This document shows, in pieces, positions 1-14,000 of a stretch of DNA of 64,000 bases. Within the stretch, counting starts at the first letter, position 1; each line of letters starts with the position of its first letter. The DNA is from Podarcis melisellensis (Eukaryota). Location of the stretch: NCBI GenBank assembly GCA_964234715.1, contig OZ174282.1, one strand, 5' to 3'. Position numbers and translations under genes: made by a program. The notes beneath the pieces are model-generated. The model was given only the letters and a program-made list of their open reading frames with translations, was not told the origin of the DNA and did not search any database.

Positions 1-1529
1 CAGGATTTCACCAGGAAGACATGGGACATGAACTGTCTGGAAAAGAAGCTGTATGTCCACCCCAAAACTTTTGCAGGCACAAAGATATTGAAAGCAGGGT
101 CAGGTAGATAAGCACCCCTATACCATCAGCAGCACAAATAACCAGGAATGCATAGAATAAAGGACGTCAGCAGGGGGCTGAAGTGTTCATTCAGAACTCC
201 TATACATAACAAATGGTTGCAGTTGAGGGTTTGGTCCTCCTCCAATAAGCAGTTATCAAATTGTCCAGCTATTATGTTTTTAAAGGACACAAGGCTACCG
301 ATGAAGACTTTGTCAGTATGTGTTTGGCCATAGTGTGTGTGTGCGCATGTGCACACACAATTAAACAATATCTCTGTCATATATGCAATCAACAAATTGG
401 AGTTTTCTTTCCCACTTTTTCTTCTTAGCTCAGTTTTCTGTTTGCCATCTGTTCTGGTCTACCTAGCACTCCAAAGCTTTGGGAAGAGTAGGAACACCCT
501 GCTGGCCCCTCTCACCCTGCAACCTTATGAATCAGGCAACAGCCACTTGCTGCAGTAAGGGACAAGATTCTCCAAGAGAGGGAGATGGGAAGACTGGCCC
601 ATGGGTCCTCTCATTCGCAGTCCAATCCGTGGGGCCAGCACACACACAGATCCATCTACAGGCTGCCCTTTTTTCTGCCTAAGGGCATGTAGCAGAGAAA
701 AAGCCAGTGGTTCTATTCAACTGGGGCAGAGATTCCTGCACCAGGTTAAGTGCTGGGAAAGGGGAAGCTGCCTTTGTTGCCAAACTCAGGAAAGAGGAAG
801 AGGAGGAGGGGTAAGGTGGAGTGGAGGACAGAGAGCAAAAAAAAAGGGGGGGAGAAAGGGTGGAAATTGAGAGCTCTAAGGAGAGCGAGTCCTGTCCGGT
901 GAGGAAAGAGCAGGGTTTCCAGCTTTTCCATTGGTCATCGGAGCTGTAATTTGATGTAGAAGTGACTCATCTTCATGATGTGAAAAGGTTAACCTGCTAA
1001 TTTCTATGCCTCCCCCCATGAGTTGACAGGTACCGGAAGAAAGAGAAATGAGGGAGGAGGCTTGCCAAAAGACCTGTAGAACAAGAGAAGGGGGTTCAGA
1101 AATACCCACTGAAACAGGGAAAAGATGTAGAGAGATTCAGAAGAACCTGTGAAAAGAGAGGGAAAAGGAAAACCAGGGAGGTTACTGTAGGTTTGAGGGC
1201 GATTCCAGAATGCTAGTGGGACAGAAAATGATTTCTGCAGTGGGATGGTTGGGAGAAAAGGCAAGGAAACTGAAAGGGGAAAAGCACAGTAACTGATGGG
1301 ACAAGAGAGGAAAAGGGCATGTGCAATGAGCTGAAGAGACAAAGCAGAGTTGTTAGAGAAGCACAGCTTGCTGGATGTGAGAATAAGGCAAGTCTTCCCA
1401 GGCCTACCATCCTGCAGGCACTTCCAGCAACCCACAAACAGAGGAGGTCCTCCTCCTTCTTTTCTCTAGCAATGAGTACTTGGAGGTACTCTGAACATGG
1501 AGCTGCAATCACCAAGAGCTGTAGAGGGG

Positions 1530-1655
1530 GGTGGTAGTATTCATCTAAGCTTGACTCAGAGTAAACCCACTGAAATTAAGAAACACGACTATGGTAAATT
1601 TGATCCATTAATTTCAACAGGTCAATACTGAGTAAACTTTAGTTGAACAGCATCC
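1530..1655. mobile_element. Degenerate palindromic MITE (similar family to 61590-61710)
   Basis: Imperfect inverted arms ACTCAGAGTAAACCCACTGAAATTAA / TTAATTTCAACAGGTCAATACTGAGT. Confidence 0.5.
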
Positions 1656-1729
1656 AGAGAATTCAACTCCAAGACTTTGCTGAATCCACTTTTCAAGCCA
1701 GGAAAAAACCAGCATCTACCACAGCATCC

Positions 1730-2070
1730 CATCTCAGGAATTCCACAAGTGAACTGCATTGTGTAAAGACATACCATCATCTGTTAATCCTTTCATTGGT
1801 GGGCCCCAAGTTCTAATAAGAAAGGGAGAAAAACTCCTCTCTGTTCCATGTTCTGCACATGATGCATAATTCAATGAACTTCTATTAAGCTCTTTCTTTT
1901 CCAATCTAAAAACCATTAAGGGCTTTAATTGCCCCTCATACAGAAGGTGCTCTAACCTCCTGATCACTCAGGTTGCCCTTTTCCTGCTCTACTGCATGCT
2001 TTTGAGAAGGGACAACCAGAAAGGTGCACAACTGCAGCAGTGCCAGAGATGAACATAAAGCCATTAAGCT
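1730..2070 (-). mobile_element. CR1 LINE ORF2 3' fragment
   Basis: Translation MIRRLEHLLYEGQLKPLMVFRLEKK resembles the CR1 C-terminal motif [25 protein letters not shown]. Confidence 0.75.
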
Positions 2071-2812
2071 CCTTGGACACCTCCTTTCCAGGCCCCAGCT
2101 TGGAATTTTCCTTTCCCACCCACCCCAGCTACATACAGAACTGGATTTTGCACTGAACTTTACATCATTCCAGTCCCAATACTTCCTTAGAAAGTCAGTT
2201 TCTAACTACAACTTGCATCAGCCCCATCTAGCTTATTTAGTGCTCAGGGATGATGCAAGCAGTTCTCCGAAAAGATCTGGGGGGTACCACATTGAGGGAG
2301 GGGCTGTTTTAAATGTTTAATCATTCAAGTTTTAATTGTGCTTTCCACCAACTTGTACAATGGGCTAAGGAGCCTGTAATTTCTGGCCTCCTCCATAATA
2401 TATATTTAAAATAAATAAATTAGATTTATTTTGGCTACCCTCTAATAGCCTCTGGTAAATTGAATGATTTAACAAACCCTTACATATTTCTGCTAGAAGA
2501 TCAACAATTTCAAGGGAGGGCTAATAAAGATGGGAGCTGAAAGGCCTACAGTGATGAAGAGAAGAGAAAAGGCCACCAGGGGTGCAAAAAGAAACAGGAA
2601 GTTAACTCAGAAGGCATTAATATATGACACAAAGGTTTTTCTGTGGTTAACACGGTGCTGCAACTTCAGTTAATGTAGAAGTGCCTCTTTCAAAGTGAAT
2701 GGAGTTGGGCATCCTGTCTCTGCCTTAAACAGGCAGACCCACAGCTATCAGCAAGGAAATTCGAGCCCTGGAACCCAGGACTGTGACCCCCTCATCCATC
2801 CCCTACACATAC

Positions 2813-2947
2813 CTGAAATTTGTCCTCAGCTGCAGCCAGTTTCCTGAGGTCAAGCATTTGGTTCTCCAGCTCCTCCACTGTCTGAATCAAGATGGTGTTC
2901 TGGTCACTCAGATCTATGATGTAGGCCTGTAGAAGCCTCACCTCCAT
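2813..2947 (-). CDS. Exon 3 of the coiled-coil gene: MEVRLLQAYIIDLSDQNTILIQTVEELENQMLDLRKLAAAEDKFQ
   Basis: Strong acceptor TTTTTCTCTCTTCTCCATGTGCAG and donor CAG|GTATGT. 135 nt, phase 0 to 0, with clear heptad periodicity. The gene continues beyond the left edge of the window. Confidence 0.8.
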
Positions 2948-4645
2948 CTGCACATGGAGAAGAGAGAAAAAGTAGAGCCTCAGACACCCGACTCAGTGTT
3001 GAGAATTAGGAAACAAGGACAGCAGACTGGGTCTACCCCAGAGGGCATTTTCTGAGAAAGTGGCTTGGCTCAGAAACCAGCTGGCAACAATGACAGACCC
3101 CACCATCAGGACCCAGAACGTGGAGTTGAGTATGGTCCTAGTCTACCTGGAGGGGCGGGGGAGAAACCAAACTTCAGAAAAGGGCCTTCCTATCCAGGTC
3201 TTGTTTGCCTTTGCAGGAAGCAGCTGGAGCTACCTTTTGCAGGAAACAGTTGGGTCTGGCCTTCTGCATACCAGAATCACTTAGTAACCTTAGGAAGCCA
3301 CTGTCTTCAGGCAGCCTATGCAGAACTTTGCAGCCAGAACATCTCTTTCAACTCAAGTGTGTCTTTCTTTTCTGAGAGAAGGATATGTGGGAATGGCAGC
3401 AGGTAGGCGGGAGGAAAAGGCAATAAATGGAGAGAGGGTTCTGGCTGCTCTTTCCAAAACCTCTCAATCTTAAACCATCAGGGGTGTCATCTCACAGAAC
3501 CAATAGTCTTCGACAGTACAGGGACTTAATCACAACATTGAGGTTTTCGGCCACAGAAAGGCCGGAAATGACCCAGCACCAAGCCACAAATGTCCCAAAC
3601 TCATGTCTCCATTCCCAGGATGTCCCTCTTAGCTCTGGCCCTGGCCAACTCCCTGCTGGAGAACAGCAGAAGGGACCAAATCCATGTTGCCATGAGACAA
3701 AGCCAGGGCCAGCTCACCTGGTGGGTTTGCAAGTTCACTTGTGCCACCATTTGCCAAGATAGGCAGCCACCTCTCCCTTCTAGCTGCTGGGAGCAGGAAA
3801 AGGAGGGCAACAAAACTGTGCCTCCCAGTAGCTACCAAAAATGAAGGAGTTCACCCAGAAGTCTTCACTGGTAAAGTTTTGGCACACGGAAACCTGTTCC
3901 TAATCAACCAAGCTACTCCTTTGGGGTCAAATAAAGTGATTAGCTTATTAAGTAGCAAGCTTTTAATAAGCAAACGTGACTGAAAATTCTCCTCCACATC
4001 CTGATAATTTCAGTGTTTCTAATTCATTATTAGAGCCTAGATTCATTAACTATTCAGTTTATAGATATTAATGCTTAAGATGCATGCATCACCTGCCAAA
4101 ACCTGAAGAGAAATTGTTTCAATTAGCCTTCATGGATCGTGAATCCTACCAGCTGGGTATTTTTAGACAGAAGAGACAAACACATTCCTAAGCAGTGCTA
4201 ATGTACAGATAGGATATGTGTAGAAGGTCACTTGAGCAAAGCTATAGTGCGTGAGCAAGGAAAGTTACACCTTCAAAAAAATGAGGAATACTGATGCAGT
4301 TGATGCCATACGAGTTCAGGTGCATAAGCAAACATGTGATTTGGAAGACAGGCTAAAGTACAATGGAAAACAGCCTCCACAGAATCATTTATTGTCTAGC
4401 CACAACTCTCCCTCACTGTCTTCACCTTTCCTGCCAGCCAAATATTTGTGGTGTTAGAAGCCATAGCTACTTGTCTCATCACAGACAGAAATGGCAGGAA
4501 GAAGATGCGACCCTGCTTCTATACTCCATTTTGTAGAGCCCCCTTGACAGTTGCCCACCTCCCCAAGGGTACTCCTTCGTGTCTCTTACTGATAAATATA
4601 AATACATAATTGACACCCCACACATTCAGCATCAATGTATGTTCC

Positions 4646-5135
4646 CATAAGAGAAGCCCTGCTGGATCAGGTAAAAGGCCCATCTGGTCTAGCATCTTGT
4701 TCTCCCAGGGCCCAACCAGATGGCCCAATGGGAACTCCAAAAGCAGGACCTCTGCCCACTTGCGATTCCCAGCATACTGCCTCTGGCACTGAAGGTAATT
4801 AATACACAGCCATCATGGCTAGTAGGATAAGTACTGGATAAGTCCTCCAGGAGGTTGTCTAATTCAAGTTGGTGGCAATCATCACTACATCCTGTATCAA
4901 GGAATTCCATCATTTAAACTATGTGCTGTGTGAAAAAGTAGTTCCTTTTGTCTGTCCTGAATTTCCCAACATTCAGTTTCACTGAATGGCCTTTGCTGAA
5001 AGTGAAATCCATCTTTTTCACTTTATCCAATATATAATTCAATATACCTCCTTCATATCTTCCCTTAACTCAAGCTTTTTTTCCAAACTAAAAAGGCTCC
5101 AACATTGCCACCTTTTTATCCAAACCTTCAATCAG
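4646..5135 (-). mobile_element. CR1 LINE 3' end fragment
   Basis: Squamate CR1-type 3' UTR terminus (CATAAGAGAAGCCCTGCTGGATCAGG on plus) plus degraded ORF2 tail. Confidence 0.7.
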
Positions 5136-6129
5136 TGCTACTGACGGCCCATGACAGAAACACAATATTACATGTGTGTTTTTTAATCTGCAAGGGAGTG
5201 CTGAAGCACCTGAGCACCATGAGCTGGCATTGGGGAGAATCTGGCCTATGGGGAAATCTATGCAAAGCCTCTGCCACAGGTTAGGCATGACTGGAGAATC
5301 CTGAACTTTGCCACATCTTTCAACAGTTCCAAACTCTGAGAAAAAGATGCAGCTCCTCACTTGTATTGGCAGTTTCTTATTCTTGCCTGCCAGTCCTATT
5401 GGAATGAAGCAGGTTCTTTGTTGTTATTTGAACTTCGTGGGAGAAAAATCACTCGGTCATTAGACATCTCCAACTATGGTCAAAACACAGCAGGCCAGAA
5501 GTAGCAACAGATTTATTATTACCGCAGTACAGGAAAAACATTTTTTGTCTGTTACATGATCCAGTTAATTACCCATGCAATGCAAAGCTACTCTTGGCTT
5601 CAGCAGAAACTCCACATATGCCCCCAGGGATGTTAAAAGGAGGTGTTTTTAGGGGGTGGGGAGGAAAACCTCAGGCTCGGAGGACTAAGACTCACAAGAG
5701 TCCCTTGAGTATTGCAAACTTTGGGGCTAACTTCCATGGCTTCAGGTTCCCTATGACAATACTCATGTCAAAATCTCTGGAAAGAGATGCAAAGTGTCCC
5801 CAGATACTTTGGATGTGGGAGGGTGGGAAGAGAAAGGCCTCCCCCTCTCCCATACAGAATCCAGAGCTGCAGAGTTAGGACAGACTGTTAAAGGAAACTG
5901 TCTGGGAACAAGAGTGCCAGAATTGCAGTAAGCACACCAGAGGTAATGGAGAGGGCTGTTCTTCCTGGACTTGTGCTGCTTCCCCAAAAGAATTGAGGGA
6001 GGGAGAGATCCTTCTGGCATGCAAATGAAAGTCATGAACAAGCTGGATATGGAACCTTGAACTCCAAGAAACTGAAGGGGAATCCCTAGGAATTCCCAGG
6101 CTTTAGTACTCATATGTAAGTCGTAAAGA

Positions 6130-6310
6130 ACAGGGATGCTTCAAACTCTATAATTTATTATGTGACATAGTAGACTTGGACTGGACGGGCCCAAATTCAA
6201 ATCCTGGCTCTTCTACTGCCTAACCTACAGTACAAAGTTGTTGTAAGAGGGGGAACCATTTAAGTAACCTGGAGCTCCTTGGAGGAAAGGTGGAATAGAA
6301 ATATTAAAAA
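6130..6310 (+). mobile_element. Old MIR/CORE-like SINE remnant
   Basis: B-box-like AATTCAAATCC, core CCTAACCTAC...GTTGTTGTAAG and an A-rich tail. Confidence 0.4.
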
Positions 6311-8029
6311 TAATTAACTACCAGTAATTAATTACAGTGCAAATGTGAAATGCAGCCTAGACTGTCATCAGCACAGACAAGTCCAAGCCAGGCTACTGGG
6401 CGGTCAACAAGGGGTGGAGCAAAAGACTTTGCACTCTGTAGATCTGAGCATCCACCTCTGCACTCCACCCCACAAACTAAAATGGCACAGCCATGATTCT
6501 ACATAAAGACACTGCAATCGCTCCACTTGCTCCGGAAGGGAAAGAGGGGGCGGGGCAGAAAGGGCTCCATGCAGAGGATGATGAGGACAGGGCAAAGAGG
6601 GAGGGACTCCTTGGTGGTGACACCGCTGTCCTATAAGGCAGCTCACTCTACACCAACTTCAATGTCATTTTGGCACCAGATGGAAATCTATTTGCTTCCG
6701 TAGATCTTTTAACAAATCATTGTGGCTATTTTACATTGCTTTTATCAGATGCCCTTTGATTTTATGGTTTTGGTGTTTATGTATTTGTTTTTATTTTTAT
6801 TTGAAAGATATCCTGGAAATATTATACTGAAGAGCAGCCCATACCTTCTAAAAATGAAACAAATAAATAAACCCACAAATGAGAGGGGGAGGGATCTGTG
6901 GCAGCCAATCTAGAAGGAAGCTGAACTGGAAAATCTGCAGGGCCCCCTCTCCCCAGCACCCATCAGTGACCAAAACCAGACTCAAAGGGATGCAGATAGT
7001 TCCAGTGTTTTGCATACTGGGGGCTGAGCAAGAGTCCACAGAGCACCAGCTTCTGAAATCTACTTGTGAAGCAAGATATTGGCACCACATGTAAGAGAGA
7101 TAAAACTAAGTATGCTGGATCCTGTTAGCCCAGCTACTGGATGAGCTGCTGCAAAATTCCAGCTACAGAGGCAGATTAATACAAAAACAGGAGAAGAACA
7201 GCACAGTTTTCACTAAGGAAGCCAAAGATGAATTCAGTGAGGAGGAGAAAAGGACATGAGAGGGAGAGTCTGTGTATTGTGAGCAAGGGAGTGGGGAGGG
7301 AGAGGGAACCGAGGCTGATGTGCTGCTGAGAAAGAGGGCCAAAAAAGAAGAGGGTCAGAGGGAGACACCAGAACCATCAGCATTAAAGAGTAGCAACATC
7401 CAGAGCCAGAACTTCAAAACCTCCTCTCTCAAGAACCAAAAGCAGCATTGCCCACCAAACATCTGCAGCTTGTTAAAACTACGAGGGACTGCGACAGCCA
7501 CTTGCCAAGAGCGTCAGAAGAGTACGGCTTATTGCAGTTTCTCTAACTAGGGCACAGAGATCTTCCTGACAGCCTTTGGAGCTATGGGCAGCTGTGCAAG
7601 CAGAATGTGGGACAACACACTAATACTATTCTAGCCTTCCTTTTCAGAAACCAGAGGTTTCACTCTGTGTGTGTAAAAGAGACAACAACTTCTTGGCAAC
7701 GGAAGTAATGTGCTGGCAGTACAGAGCTCTATGCCTGGCTAACACACCTCCAGCTTGATCGTCAGTCCAACTGCAGCTGAGTCTCTGAGCCTGACTGATC
7801 TCATTAATCCAAGTAATCTTCTACGGAAAGATCAAATCAGCCTGGAATGCCCATCAGTGGCCAAACAATGGAGCTCTTCAGAAATTTCAAAGCCACAGGA
7901 GCATAAGAAGAACCCTTCTGAATTTAAGAAAAAAGGCCCTGCACCTTGAATTGAGCTCAGTAATTAACTGAGAGCTAGTGGGACTGTCTTAACGTTTTTT
8001 GGGGGGAGAGAGAGAGAGAGAGAGAGAAT

Positions 8030-8260
8030 GAATGTTGTCACCCAGCCCAGGTCAGCAGTTGTGTTCTGAAGTAGCCACAGTTTCCAAATTGTCTCCAAAG
8101 ACAGCCTCAACAATAACGCATTACAATAATACTGTTTTGAGATTTCCAGAGCCTGGATGACTGGAGGGAACGGTGCAAAGGGGCTGTAGGAGGCCACAAA
8201 CCAAAGCTTGTGAAAAGTACTCAGAGCTACTGAGAATAGCTGTGCTTCCCGAGTCAAAGC
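8030..8260 (-). mobile_element. Degraded L2 LINE fragment
   Basis: Minus-strand translation YYCNALLLRLSLETIWKLWLLQNTTA resembles L2 DYCNALYxGLPLKxxRKLQLxQNAAA. Confidence 0.6.
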
Positions 8261-8859
8261 TGGATATGCAAGTTCTAACTGCACTCCTGATATTTATCAG
8301 ACACACAGATCAGGCAAGAACAGGCTGAATATCACATCCTTGGGCAGGCAAACCACCCACAAACAGTATCTCCATCTTGTTGGGATTGTATCACTAGGTT
8401 TTTTATTGTTTGTTTTCTTGTGGTTATAGTAAATGTTTGATAGAAAGCCCAAGGGTGAGAGACCTGTGGCCTCTCTCTGCAGATGTTATTGGACTCCAGT
8501 TCCCCATCAGCCCCAGTCAACATGACCAATGGTGTGCTCTGCCACTGAGCTCCAGCCTTCCCTCATCACCCTTGTTACTTTCCACCAAATAATAGAGGCT
8601 GAATTTTGCCCCAATGCAGACAAAAAGAAGGTTCAAAAGAGACCCAACCAGTATTCTGGATCTCTATATTCCTTGTCTGCTGCCCCCACTGGACAGGTTT
8701 TAGTCGTATGTCCAAAGCCTGCAAAACAAGTTTGAAAATAAATTGACAGAACAAAAGGAATATACATGTATGCGCCACAGGAAGCAACACCCCTCAGTCA
8801 AACAGTTTGTACAGTAATATCAGCAAACTATTTTTTCTGAGTCATTCCATCCAGCTCAA

Positions 8860-8997
8860 TATTTTCTCTAGTGACCAGCAGCAGCTTCCCAGAGGTTCTC
8901 AGCTTCCCAGTCCTTCCTGGAGATGCTGCTGGGGACGGAACCTGGAATCTTCAGCGTGCACAGCTTTGTGTCTCCGCCATCGAGTTACAGCCCTCTT
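8860..8997 (-). mobile_element. tRNA-derived SINE (same family as 56150-56300 and 61055-61250)
   Basis: Minus-strand head GAGGGCTGTAACTCGATGGCGGAG...CCAGGTTCCGTCCCCAGCAGCATCTCCAGG with A/B-box remnants. Confidence 0.55.
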
Positions 8998-9018
8998 GTA
9001 GCTACAGCATGCAACATT

Positions 9019-9272
9019 AGAAGAAGAAGAAGAAGAGTTTGGATTTGATATCCCGCCTTTCACTCCCTTTAAGGAGTCTCAAAGCGGCTAACATTCTCCT
9101 TTCCCTTCCTCCCCCACAACAAACACTCTGTGAGGTGAGTGGGGCTGAGAGACTTCACAGAAGTGTGACTGGCCCAAGGTCACCCAGCAGCTGCATGTGG
9201 AGGAGCGGAGACGCGAACCCAGTTCCCCAGATTAGGAGACTACCGCTCTTAACCACTACACCACACTGGCTC
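9019..9272 (-). mobile_element. Young full-length tRNA-derived SINE (Squam3-like) with (CTT)n tail
   Basis: Minus strand starts GAGCCAGTGTGGTGTAGTGGTTAAGAGCGG (A box), has GGTTCGCGTCTCC (B box) and ends in (CTT)n. CpGs are retained. Confidence 0.85.
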
Positions 9273-10949
9273 ATTAGTAAACAATCCACCAAGATCAGAC
9301 TTGGTTGGAAGGAGGAGGACAAAAACAATATTTGCCAATAAACATGTCTCTACAGAAAACAGGTTACACAAGCCAGACCTTGGTGGGCCTTCCACGTTCT
9401 AGCGATTCCAAGATAAACTGGTTGAGAAATTTCTACATAAAAACTGTAATTCAAGAAATGAAAAGCTTTCACGGCATCCAGTACATTTCAATCCTGCTGC
9501 TCACCAAAATAATTTGTGAATATCCATTGTCTTCTGCTCCACAACAGTTTATCTTTATAGACTAACTTTGCAGAGTTAGAAGTATTAGTTGGAAGTAGTA
9601 TTATATGCTTAGACTTAGAAAGGCAGGGGGTGGGCAGTACATTGACACCGCAGATAAGAATCCTACAATGTGTGGACACTGAAGACAGGGCTATCATCAA
9701 TAGGCTATTTAACAAAATCCTCTACAAATTTTCAAATTTAAAAAAGAAAAGAAATATATGTTCACACAAAGCTGCCAGAATGTCTTTATGTTCTCCAAAA
9801 CAGCAATAGCAAACCCTCCCAAGGAATCTCTTTTCCCAACCAAGTATTCACACAGAGAAACACCTGCCAAGGCAGGAGAAGCCAGTTTAGAGAAAGGTGG
9901 GGTGGTGGAAGAGGAAATCTTTCAGCTCTTTCCTAACAGAGATCCCAAAACTAGCTAAGAAAAAAAATAGACTTCTGTGGAGCTTTGCAGGAAATAATCA
10001 AAGCTGCCTCAGTAGCGACATCTTTGTGCACACACTTTTTATTTGCAACAATTCCCACAAAGAAAGACCAACTGTGGGGAATCTCTGGCCCTCCTGGTGG
10101 TGGGGCACTCATTAAGCGCAGCAGCAGTTCTCGTTTTGCCTCCTAGGCCTTTTCTGCCCCAAGTCACACTCATCCACTTATGACATTAGCTGTGGAACTA
10201 TTGGGAAACTTAAAGTGCACTCCTGGTTGTTTCTTGGCAAGTGGGGCTTGTCACTGGGCTTTTAAAATTTGGTGGTAAATACAAGCACCGCTGACAGGGC
10301 ATTTCACAAATGGGGAACCACCACTGAAAATACTCTGTCATGGGTCAACCCCTAACAGACAAACTAAACAATAAGACCAGACAAGAGAAGGAGGCTTTGC
10401 AAGGCCAGGTGGTTAGGTGGCAAGGACAGGCTTAGAGTTCCACTCCCTACTCTTGTGCATCCCTTTTGCTGTTAAAATCAGGATGTATCCCACTAACAAA
10501 ACAAAGGCCGGCCTCTGTTCTGAACGTGATGCGTTTTCCCCCCTGTAAGGCCTAAACACAACAGCTGCAAAGCAGTCCAAAGGATGAGTCCCTCAAACCA
10601 ACACAGCACTCCTAAGTGCACCTGCACAGAGGACAACATAATGAAAAAAAGGAGCTGCTGGCATCTGGCTGGGGGTAGGGGATCAACAGGAAACAAAGGG
10701 ATGACAAAAGACATTCTGTGCGCTAGCTCACTCCAGAACTCAGAAGCTTCAGATGAACCAATGCCAGTTCAGAGCAGAAGCCCAGATTTCCCAGGGCTTG
10801 TGTTGTGTTTTCCAAGCTTTAGGCTCCTGTGGCTGTTACTCAGCTGGATCCAGGCTGTCCCTGCCATGACACAAGTCCCCACCATTCAGTCACTCAACAG
10901 GTTGCTTGTTAGGCAGGATCAGTTATACAGTGAAGGTCAATTGCCACAG

Positions 10950-10952
<3 letters not shown>

Positions 10953-11006
<54 letters not shown>
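10953..11006. repeat. (CT)n microsatellite
   Basis: About 27 perfect CT units. Confidence 0.97.
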
Positions 11007-11008
<2 letters not shown>

Positions 11009-14000
11009 AGTATGTTCCTTCGCATACACTCTGGGCTGGAGTCTCAACAGGCATCTATACAAAATCCTTGGATTGACACAGCACTGCCAGGATAGTTATT
11101 GCAATGACTCAGTTGTGAAGGGGTTTGACAAACACATTTGAGAGGCCAACTGGAATCATGACCCCTTCAACAGGTAAAGCTTTTACCTGCAAAGACAAGG
11201 ATCAAACTACCGGTACATGTGACATCTACAATTAAGCAGCAGGAGGATGTGATGGAGAGGTGCTTGAGTCCACGCACCTTAGCAAATGCACTCTTGATCA
11301 GTTTCCAGGCCCAAAGGTGGAAAAGAGGGCTGGTGGAGTAACTGTCCAAAAGTAAAAAAATAAAACTAAGTATGTGCTTTTTCTTTTTTTAAAGTAGCAA
11401 ATTTTGATTTTGTAGGATATGTGCCTAAGGAGTTTCCCCCTCTGCCTCTGCAATAATTGAGCCCAAAAGCCCTTCTTCTTTCCAATCACAAAGAGCAGCT
11501 TTGCACCCCGGCTACACCAAGGAGCACTTCAGAGCAACCTCACACCAAAACGGCTGATTTCTCAGGGATGCTGCAAAGGTATTCAATAAAAAGCTTTTAA
11601 ATGCATATTTTTAAACTTGCAACAGGAAAGCTTTCCTGTGTCAAGACAGTAATTCTTATAACAGCATTGATCAAAATGTCATTCTTTTATGAGTGTACAA
11701 TACCTTTTAATGGCATACAACCAGCCATTAGGGTTATACCCCTCCATACAGCAGAGGCATCTTCCTGGAAAAAGGGAGCCCCCGGCCAAGGCACGGGCAA
11801 GCCAAGCACAGCCCTTTTTCATCATTGCAGCAGCTCCCCAAATGGTCTTCCTGAAGACACAATATTCAAGGCACACGTGTAGCAGGGACTGGCTTTTGCT
11901 CCCCATTCTCAGGAACACACCCTGCTCTAAAGTGGCAATGTTTTGACTCTCACTGGGGGTAGTTCCACTTTCATGCAGCCTCCCTCCCTATCTTTCATCT
12001 GACAACCACTACCCCCCTCTACATTTTCTCATCCGATCTGGCAGAGGATGAAATGCCTCCTGTTTTGTTCTAGGCTTTTAGTTTCCAAAGATAGAAACTA
12101 AGTGTCTAATGAACTGCTTCTATTCCACAGCTCATTTGAAGCCCTCCAGTGCTCTGGCTCTTCAGAGATTTTTTTTTAAGAACGGTATTGGAGATTGCAT
12201 TTACTCTGCTTGAATGAAGGGTGAGTAGGAACCCTGGACAAGAGCGCACCAGCACTCTAATTCTCTCATCCAGCTAAAAATACCAGCGGGGGAGGGAACG
12301 GGCAGTCTCCCCATCTCCAAGACCTTTCACGTATGCTATTTGTAGAATTCAATACAGGCTGATGGCTGTCATGCAGGCACAGAGCAAAACCTCTCAATAT
12401 TTTTGCACCCCAAGACCACCAAAGCCAACACAAATAATATGCCCCTCATACAAGGCCACCTTATTTTTCAGAAATGGGCTAGTTAGTTTCTACACTGGTC
12501 ATTATTTGCCAGGAATATTCCCTATCTGAACAAAAGAAAGCAGAAGGATAAGGTTTCTACTTTACACAGAAAGAGTGATGAAGAGGGTTCGAGGTACATG
12601 CAGATGTCAATGGTCACCCAGCCAGAGACTCTAGGATCCCTCACCTTCCAGCACCCTGCTCAGGAGCCACTTGGGAGTCTGGATGCTCAGCGAGATCGTA
12701 AGAACTCATGAGCACAAACAAACTGCAATGGGACCCAAGCCTTTCCTTAAAACACAGCAACATGAAGTCACAAAACCTCATATGCAAGGGGGATAAATGA
12801 GAGAAACTATGACCATGTCCAAGGAGCGTCCTTCTCTTTACAGGCTAGTATAATCACACAGCCAGCACTACAATATTTGCCAGAGATACCCACACTACCC
12901 AGTTTTCAGCACTAACTACAACTGCATCCAATGCCAGAAGAAGATTGGGCCCACTGCCACATAAATATCACCTAAATTTTGCTTTGGTCAGCAGGACCAC
13001 ACTGGCATAAACATGACAGAGACATTGACCCTTTCTCGACTCTCCTTTGCTGAGCAAGTCCATAATGGCAGGCAGCTGTTTGCAGCTGTATTGGTGGGGT
13101 GAAGGCAGCACTTGAGTCAACTCACCATGTGATTATCACTCCTACTAGTGGCAGAGGAAGCACATGAGCCATGCAGAATACAAAAATCCCATATTTGCAG
13201 AATGGAGGCTTCACCAGGAGGTGGAATGAGGCTGAGAGCAGAACTGGCTGTCAGTTCCAGGATCTTTTGCTCTTCTTATGTAGTTAATAGTTGTTATTAA
13301 TACCAATATGTGTTGTCTAAAATGATGATGGAGTATTAACAATCCTATCCTTAGTTGTATTTTTTTCTCCATTGTTTATGAAAGTGTTGTAACTTTGCCT
13401 ATTCTCATTCTTAATAACTCCTAGCAATATTAAAGCTGCACTCTTTTGAGGCTTGCATTATACTATATTCTACTTCTTACGTTGTGCATATCACTTTATA
13501 AGACTTTGACTAAATGTGCTACAACATTCAGAGAATCCTAATCGTGAAGGTGAATGAATTGTTTAAATTGAAATTTGTTATGTAAAGCTTAATATTTTTT
13601 TTTTAAGTGCTACAACATTAACCCAGCTTTTCTTTGCCTCCACCCTGTTCTGCTTGGCATCCAGCCTGAAGAAGTGTTCTAGAGACCTGGAAACTTGCAC
13701 GTTATTTTGTGACATTTTGGCTGCTCAAATAAAATTTTACTTATGGACCAAATATAGCTACCTTTATTATCTCTTTCCATTTCCCACTTTCTAATATGTA
13801 AAAAGTGCCAAAAATGGCATCTGGGTAATTATGTGTGCCAAGCTAGACAACTCAGAAAGAAGTCTGAGCTCTTGTGGAAAGTTCCAGCTGCCCTGTCAGC
13901 ACTCAGTGGCAGAACTTCTGAAAGAAGTGGATCAAGGGGCCTGGCTATAGGGTTGCTCATGGCTTGGGGAAAATTATTATCAATTATTATTATGCTTGCT

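Noticed and set aside
10584-11141. 185-aa ORF with (LS)n
   Set aside because: Open only because of the (CT)n microsatellite, with no coding signature.
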